From NCBI GenBank assembly GCA_963753345.1, contig CAVWBU010000012.1, forward strand, positions 1-10,884: 10,884 nt of DNA, read 5' to 3'. The notes under the pieces were generated by a model. It did no database searches and was not told where the DNA came from. It saw only the letters and a program-made list of their open reading frames with translations. Of the stretch, positions 6,461 to 10,884 are shown piece after piece; positions within the stretch are counted from its first letter, which is position 1; the number at the start of each line of letters is the position of its first letter. Origin of the DNA: an uncultured Fibrobacterota bacterium (GTDB taxonomy: Bacteria > Fibrobacterota > Chitinivibrionia > Chitinivibrionales > FEN-1185). The translations under genes and the position numbers were made by a program.

Positions 6461-8062
6461 TTACTTGCTCAAATTATTTCTACTGCTGTCGCTGCGAGGA
6501 TTCTTTGCGTTTTCGAGTACGCGCTGTATCGCGGCCACCTGGTCGGGCGGGTAATTCTTTGCATGCCTGAGTGCGCTGGAAAGCATGTTCACGGCCCTGT
6601 CGCGGTTTTTCTGCTGCAGGTAAATAAGACCGGCCTTATACTCGGCAGTTGCCGTGTTTTGCGTGGATGGAAATTCGCCAAGGTACTTTTCGTACCAGAC
6701 AAGTGCGCGCTTGGGATCGGTTCTGTATTCGAGATCGGCCAGCCGCAAATACGATTCGCCGGCGAAGCTGCCGTTCGGGAATTCCTTGAGGTACGTGTCG
6801 AACGAGGATCGCACTAATTCTGGGAAGGCGTCGTGATCCGCGCGGAGCCGTGCAATTGAAAACAGCGCAATCTCGCGCTCGTAGCGGGAGGCGCCCGGGC
6901 GGGCAAGTGCCGCGATATAGCACTCCACCGCTTTTTTCCAATCTGATGATTCGAGACGGACCGCCGCTTCGAGAAGCGAATCGCGCGGCCCCGGCTGTGG
7001 CAAAGCCGCAATTTTCGCGGGCCGCGGCGCGATAGCCGCTTTGCGCGGCTCCTGTATCGCAGGCGAAGTTGGATGGTCCCCGGATTCTTGCGCCGTATCA
7101 AAATCTGCTGAGGCATACTTGGCCTCTTTCTGGACAAAGACGAATCTTCCGGGCGCGAACACCCGGGTCACTGCAATGCCATTCCCATCAATGGCAACCG
7201 TTCCTTCAAGAACGTCGGTGGTGATATGGCCCGAAGCCGCCGGGCTGACCCTGAACACGGTGCCCACTACCTTGATCGCATAATCTTTTGTGGCAACGGA
7301 AAACGTTTGGCCGTCTCTTTTCTTGGTGACAGAAAAAACCGCCCGTGCCGCAGGTCCGGCCGGTTGTTCCGTAAAATCAACAGTATATTCCATGCGGTTC
7401 TGCCTGGCTTTTGTGACCGTTATCGAGGCACCATTTTCCACGATGACCGTACCCCGAGTATTGCTGAGGAGCGCCCGCCGGCCGGGAATCGTACTCACCG
7501 TTTGAGATTCCCGCACCGTTGATGTGCCGCCCGCGGTTTCGCGTTCTGAAACGTAAACAACGGTCGTGACAGGGGCGTAATGCCCACTCCAGTATTGCCA
7601 GCTTGCCGTGCCGGCGGCAAGAAGGAGCGCTGCGAGGGCAGTGAAGGAGGCCGTTCGGTGCTTCACAAGAGCCAGAGCGGTTGAGGCAAACAGAAGCGGG
7701 AATGAAACCGCCGTCGCTTTCTGCGACTGCGCAGCGGCAAAGACGTGATCCTCCATTTTGTCAAGGTTGGCCGCTGTCTTGTCTCTCTTGAGATACAGTT
7801 CCCATGGCTCAATTCCGTCTGTCTGCGAAATGCGAACAAACAGCTTTTCCTCAACCCGCTCCAGGAGCCCCGCCGGCGCGCAGCGCTCCAGAAAAAGCGC
7901 GGCGTCTAATGCTGTGCGGGCTGCATCGGAACTGTGTTCCCGCTCGAATCTCCCGATCCGCTCAAACAGCCTCGACTCTGCACGCACGAGAAGACCGTCA
8001 GGCGGAACAACCTCTTTTGAAAGATCGTTAAGTGAATCGTCGTTATTAGGCAACATGTCCAT
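6461..8062 (-). CDS. FecR-family anti-sigma factor / transmembrane sensor with C-terminal TPR (YbgF/BamD-like) repeats
   Basis: Lies 15 nt downstream of the ECF sigma gene. It has a cytoplasmic helical N-terminus, a TM segment at about aa 138-158, a FecR-type signature VFSVTKK..GQTFSVAT....IKVVGTVFRV...VLEGTV, a Pro/Ala linker, and TPR helices (YLKEFPNGSFAGESYLRLADL, YLGEFPSTQNTATAEYKAGLIY). Confidence 0.85.
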   Translation of the reverse strand: MDMLPNNDDSLNDLSKEVVPPDGLLVRAESRLFERIGRFEREHSSDAARTALDAALFLERCAPAGLLERVEEKLFVRISQTDGIEPWELYLKRDKTAANLDKMEDHVFAAAQSQKATAVSFPLLFASTALALVKHRTASFTALAALLLAAGTASWQYWSGHYAPVTTVVYVSERETAGGTSTVRESQTVSTIPGRRALLSNTRGTVIVENGASITVTKARQNRMEYTVDFTEQPAGPAARAVFSVTKKRDGQTFSVATKDYAIKVVGTVFRVSPAASGHITTDVLEGTVAIDGNGIAVTRVFAPGRFVFVQKEAKYASADFDTAQESGDHPTSPAIQEPRKAAIAPRPAKIAALPQPGPRDSLLEAAVRLESSDWKKAVECYIAALARPGASRYEREIALFSIARLRADHDAFPELVRSSFDTYLKEFPNGSFAGESYLRLADLEYRTDPKRALVWYEKYLGEFPSTQNTATAEYKAGLIYLQQKNRDRAVNMLSSALRHAKNYPPDQVAAIQRVLENAKNPRSDSSRNNLSK

Positions 8063-8077
8063 GGTGATAATTCCCGG

Positions 8078-8641
8078 TTACCCTGCGTTCTGAATAAATT
8101 CTTTCATCTGCTTTCGGGCCGTAAACAGCCGCGACTTCACTGTGCCTTCCGGGATTTCCAAGGCCGCGGCGATTTCGCCAATGTCCATTTCGCTGTACAC
8201 GCTGAATACGAGCGGAATCCGAAGCGTGTCACTGAGGCCAGCAAGCGCTTTTTCGACAAGGTTTTTCATTTCGAACTCATGCTCCTGCGAGGGCCCCTTG
8301 TCCGCAACCGAATCCTGCATGTCGTCATAGTTTATCACGGCGCCGTCAGGTTTTCGTTTCCCGGCCAATTTATACCTGAGGTTGCCGCTGCACACCTGCA
8401 CCACCACGCGGTGGAACCACGTGGTGAACGACGAGGTGCCCTCGAACGTGCGAAGAGACAGGTAGATCTGGAAAAACGTCTCCTGGACAAGGTCCTCATG
8501 GTCCGAATAAGGGCCGGTGATTTTGTAAATAAGGTTGTATGCATATGTCTTATACATAGTAAAGACCGTTTTGAACGCGGTCTGGTCGCCGGCCCGGCAC
8601 GCGGCAATCGTTTCCCGCGAGGGTTCCACGATCGTTTTCAT
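8078..8641 (-). CDS. ECF-family RNA polymerase sigma-70 factor
   Basis: 187 aa. Region 2: AYNLIYKITG...EDLVQETFFQIY...FEGTSSFTTWFHRV. Region 4 HTH: EIAAALEIPEGTVKSRLFTAR. SD AAGGA lies upstream of the ATG. Confidence 0.97.
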   Translation of the reverse strand: MKTIVEPSRETIAACRAGDQTAFKTVFTMYKTYAYNLIYKITGPYSDHEDLVQETFFQIYLSLRTFEGTSSFTTWFHRVVVQVCSGNLRYKLAGKRKPDGAVINYDDMQDSVADKGPSQEHEFEMKNLVEKALAGLSDTLRIPLVFSVYSEMDIGEIAAALEIPEGTVKSRLFTARKQMKEFIQNAG

Positions 8642-8660
8642 CTCAGTCCTTCTTCCCGCT

Positions 8661-8692
8661 TACTTAGTGGGAAAAACGCAAGCCGCGGTTCA
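8661..8692 (-). promoter_or_regulatory. Candidate autoregulatory ECF promoter of the sigma/anti-sigma pair
   Basis: Minus strand TGAACCgcggcttgcgtttttcCCACTAAgTA: -35 TGAACC (8692-8687; its TGA is the stop codon of the PEGA gene), 16-bp spacer, -10 CCACTAA (8670-8664). The -10 ends 22 nt before the sigma ATG. Confidence 0.7.
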
Positions 8693-9649
8693 CCAGAAAA
8701 AGGTCACACAGAACAAAGCGATTGCAAGTCCAAGCGATATATCCGCACCGTATTCGCAGTTCTGTGCAATGCCGAAGGTGCTCCCGAAGGCGCCCGGATT
8801 ATTGGCAAGATCGCTTCCGTCAAGACGTCTATATTTCTGATAATAGTAATACTCACCGCCATAGAGCGCGGCCGAAACCAACCCGAGCGTGATTGCGGGA
8901 TAGAATGCCGGTGAGTGATAGAGCCTCCGTTTGGTGAGTACGATCACCGCGGTGTCCGCCTTCCGGAAGTCCGAAAGGTTCAGGCGCACGGTTTTCGGCA
9001 GGTAGCCCTGTTTGCGAGCCTCAACATCGATGATGCCGAAAGCCACGTCCCATTGAACGGGACATGTGCCGGTCATGCCTGTGGCGCTGCGTACTGCCGC
9101 CTGCGGCGGTGCGCTGGTTATCAGGAGCCGGCACGCATAGCGGCCGCGCAGGTTTTCCACGATTTTTTTCGCCACAAGCAGAGCGGCCGCCGCAGTATCG
9201 GCCCGGGAATACACAAAGTTGACAAGCGGCTGATACTGGGTGTCGGGCAACGAGGCCTTCCATGAGGAAAGCGGTTCGATCAGCGCATAAATCGATGGCG
9301 GGCCGGACTGCATCGGCAGTGCTCTTATCATCAGGACCGAGGCCCCGGAATCGGCCGTCCGCAATTTATTGATGAAACGGCGATCCAACAGCACGGTCCA
9401 TTCCGAAGAGGCAAGGTCGTTTTCCAGCTGGGAAACGAGCGCGGTGGAAAACCCGGGAAAAATCATGGAATCAAGCGTGGTGTCGGCCATGACGATGATA
9501 GTATTTTTTGATTCATGCGATACTGCCGGCTCAGGTTCGCACAGCACCCGTACGGAGAGGAAAACCACCGGCAGCATTGCGGCACAACGGCATCGAGGCG
9601 GGCGCAGCTGTCCTGCAACAAAACAATCCGTCAGGAACCTTCGGAACAT
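8690..9649 (-). CDS. Exported PEGA-domain protein with two C-terminal hydrophobic segments
   Basis: PEGA-like motif RLLITSAPPQAAV....TGTCPV....GIIDVEARKQGY.PKTVRLNL (about 9135-8980). The C-terminus has PAITLGLVSAALYGG and ISLGLAIALFCVTFFW. The start is uncertain (ATG 9664, 9649 or 9577); the ORF-track start at 9841 overlaps the divergent gene and is unlikely. Confidence 0.75.
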   Translation of the reverse strand: MFRRFLTDCFVAGQLRPPRCRCAAMLPVVFLSVRVLCEPEPAVSHESKNTIIVMADTTLDSMIFPGFSTALVSQLENDLASSEWTVLLDRRFINKLRTADSGASVLMIRALPMQSGPPSIYALIEPLSSWKASLPDTQYQPLVNFVYSRADTAAAALLVAKKIVENLRGRYACRLLITSAPPQAAVRSATGMTGTCPVQWDVAFGIIDVEARKQGYLPKTVRLNLSDFRKADTAVIVLTKRRLYHSPAFYPAITLGLVSAALYGGEYYYYQKYRRLDGSDLANNPGAFGSTFGIAQNCEYGADISLGLAIALFCVTFFW

Positions 9650-9662
9650 CACGGACAATGCC

Positions 9663-10619
9663 ATGTTGAGAAAATGCTTTACGGTGTGTGCACTTGTCAT
9701 ATTTGTTTCGCTTTCGTGCATCACCAGGAATAATCCCTTTGATCCCATCAACAGCCCGGCGCTCTTCCCCGGCGTAAGAACCCTCGTATCCAACGCAGAC
9801 ACTCTCGCAGCAAAGATTTTCTCCGCATCGGCAGGCGACACAATCGTTGTTGCTCCCGGGATTTATCACGTTTCCCTCAGATTCAACAATAGCGGCACAG
9901 CGGATAAACCGATTGTGGTACTCGGCAGCGACACCGGCTCGGTGTTGCGCGCCCAACCCACGCTCGGCATTCTTTACATAAGCGCGCAACATTCCCTCAG
10001 GTTCCAGTACATGACCTTCGACTCGAGCAACGCCTCTGGCGCCAAAATCGAAAACGGATCATCCGACATCGTCTTTTCTGACTGCGCATTTCAAGATAAC
10101 GCGTTTGACGGATTGGAAATAACGGATAGCGACGTAAAGGCGTCCCACTGCACCTTCGTGCGAAACGAGAAAGCCGGAATTGTGATAAACGGCGATGCGT
10201 CAGGCTCGCACACGGTAATTATGGAAAACGCATTGATGGCCCATAATGTTCAGGATGGCGTGGACGTGATCGCAGCACCGGCGGCTATTTCGCATTCGAC
10301 AATTTCCGACAACGGCGGAAACGGCATCACCGTCACCACGCCCGCGGGCGCGGTGACCGTGGCAACATCAATCATTTCCTTTAACGCAGGCGACGGCATT
10401 TCCGGCCTGTGGGACTCAACCGTTTCGCAGCTTTCCTTCGATTCACTCGACATTGATTCCAACCGGACCGCCTTGTCCCTGTCGCCCGCGGTTTCGCCTT
10501 TATACTGGATTTGGGATCCAATGTTTGCAGACAGGAGCGCAGGCGACTATTCCATCGGGGCCGCAAGCGAGATTTACGGGTTGGAACAGCAGGGGTTCGT
10601 CATCGGATACAGACAATAG
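9663..10619 (+). CDS. Lipoprotein with right-handed parallel beta-helix (pectin-lyase-like fold) domain
   Basis: Start reassigned to ATG 9663, giving MLRKCFTVCALVIFVSLS-C (lipobox, Cys19) followed by ITRNNPFDP. Beta-helix cap ASAGDTIVVAPGIY...SGTADKPIVV, repeated N..DG(I/L/V) turns (DNAFDGLEI, RNEKAGIVI, HNVQDGVDV, DNGGNGITV, FNAGDGIS) and a terminal DPMFAD...GDY motif. Confidence 0.85.
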   Translation: MLRKCFTVCALVIFVSLSCITRNNPFDPINSPALFPGVRTLVSNADTLAAKIFSASAGDTIVVAPGIYHVSLRFNNSGTADKPIVVLGSDTGSVLRAQPTLGILYISAQHSLRFQYMTFDSSNASGAKIENGSSDIVFSDCAFQDNAFDGLEITDSDVKASHCTFVRNEKAGIVINGDASGSHTVIMENALMAHNVQDGVDVIAAPAAISHSTISDNGGNGITVTTPAGAVTVATSIISFNAGDGISGLWDSTVSQLSFDSLDIDSNRTALSLSPAVSPLYWIWDPMFADRSAGDYSIGAASEIYGLEQQGFVIGYRQ

Positions 10620-10759
10620 GTGAATCCCAAACGAACGCTTTTGCATTTCATGCACAAAGAATGTGAATACCGATCATAATGAATGTAAAGATTGGGCGAA
10701 TGAAATTATCTCTACCCGGCGTTGCATAAATCCTGCCAGGAGCCCACACAGGTCGACCT

Positions 10760-10857
10760 CTCTACCTGTGGAAAAATACCATCCGTTATGCCGCCTTCCT
10801 GAAATAATGATGGTGTAAACCGGAAAGGACATCTTCAAGATACCCTATTTGTTCTCT
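10760..10857 (-). mobile_element. Probable 3' remnant of an IS integrase-core (rve-type) transposase gene
   Basis: The minus frame gives ...VLSGLHHHYFRKAA* (stop 10788-10786), resembling the 'VLGGLHHxYxRAA' C-terminus of integrase-core transposases. It is followed by CGGATGGTATTTTTCCACAGG, which resembles the ends seen after such genes. An in-frame TGA at 10860-10858 means the gene is not intact. Confidence 0.5.
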
Positions 10858-10884
10858 TCAGCGCCTCCACCTCTTCCGGCGAAT

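Noticed and set aside
6239-6817. 192-aa plus-strand ORF
   Set aside because: It spans the hairpin element and the antisense strand of the anti-sigma gene, and has no protein-like features.
1-10884. CRISPR array, tRNA/rRNA, cohesin/dockerin modules, SusC/SusD pair
   Set aside because: I saw no regularly spaced direct repeats, no tRNA T-loop consensus, no duplicated dockerin Ca-binding motif and no TonB-dependent receptor ORF.

Overview
Bacterial cellulose-utilisation locus. The host is probably FCB-superphylum and Fibrobacterota-like, inferred from T9SS-style C-terminal tails combined with clear Shine-Dalgarno use. The minus strand carries a regulatory cassette (PEGA-domain membrane protein, ECF sigma factor, FecR/TPR anti-sigma) followed by three secreted cellulases (CelC-like GH5 cellodextrinase, GH9-CBM3c processive-type endoglucanase, GH5_1-type endoglucanase), each ending in a T9SS-like sorting domain. 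A right-handed beta-helix lipoprotein is encoded back-to-back on the plus strand. The main observation is that the same bipartite motif TGAACCG-N11-TTTnCCACTAAnTA (-35 TGAACC, 16-bp spacer, -10 CCACTAA) lies upstream of both the sigma gene (8664-8692) and the cellulase cluster (6207-6235). This suggests an autoregulated cell-surface signalling system, with no TonB-dependent transducer in the window, that directly switches on the cellulases. The window also has several structured intergenic elements and a probable IS integrase 3' remnant at the right edge. All family assignments come from motif recognition by eye, not from database searches.
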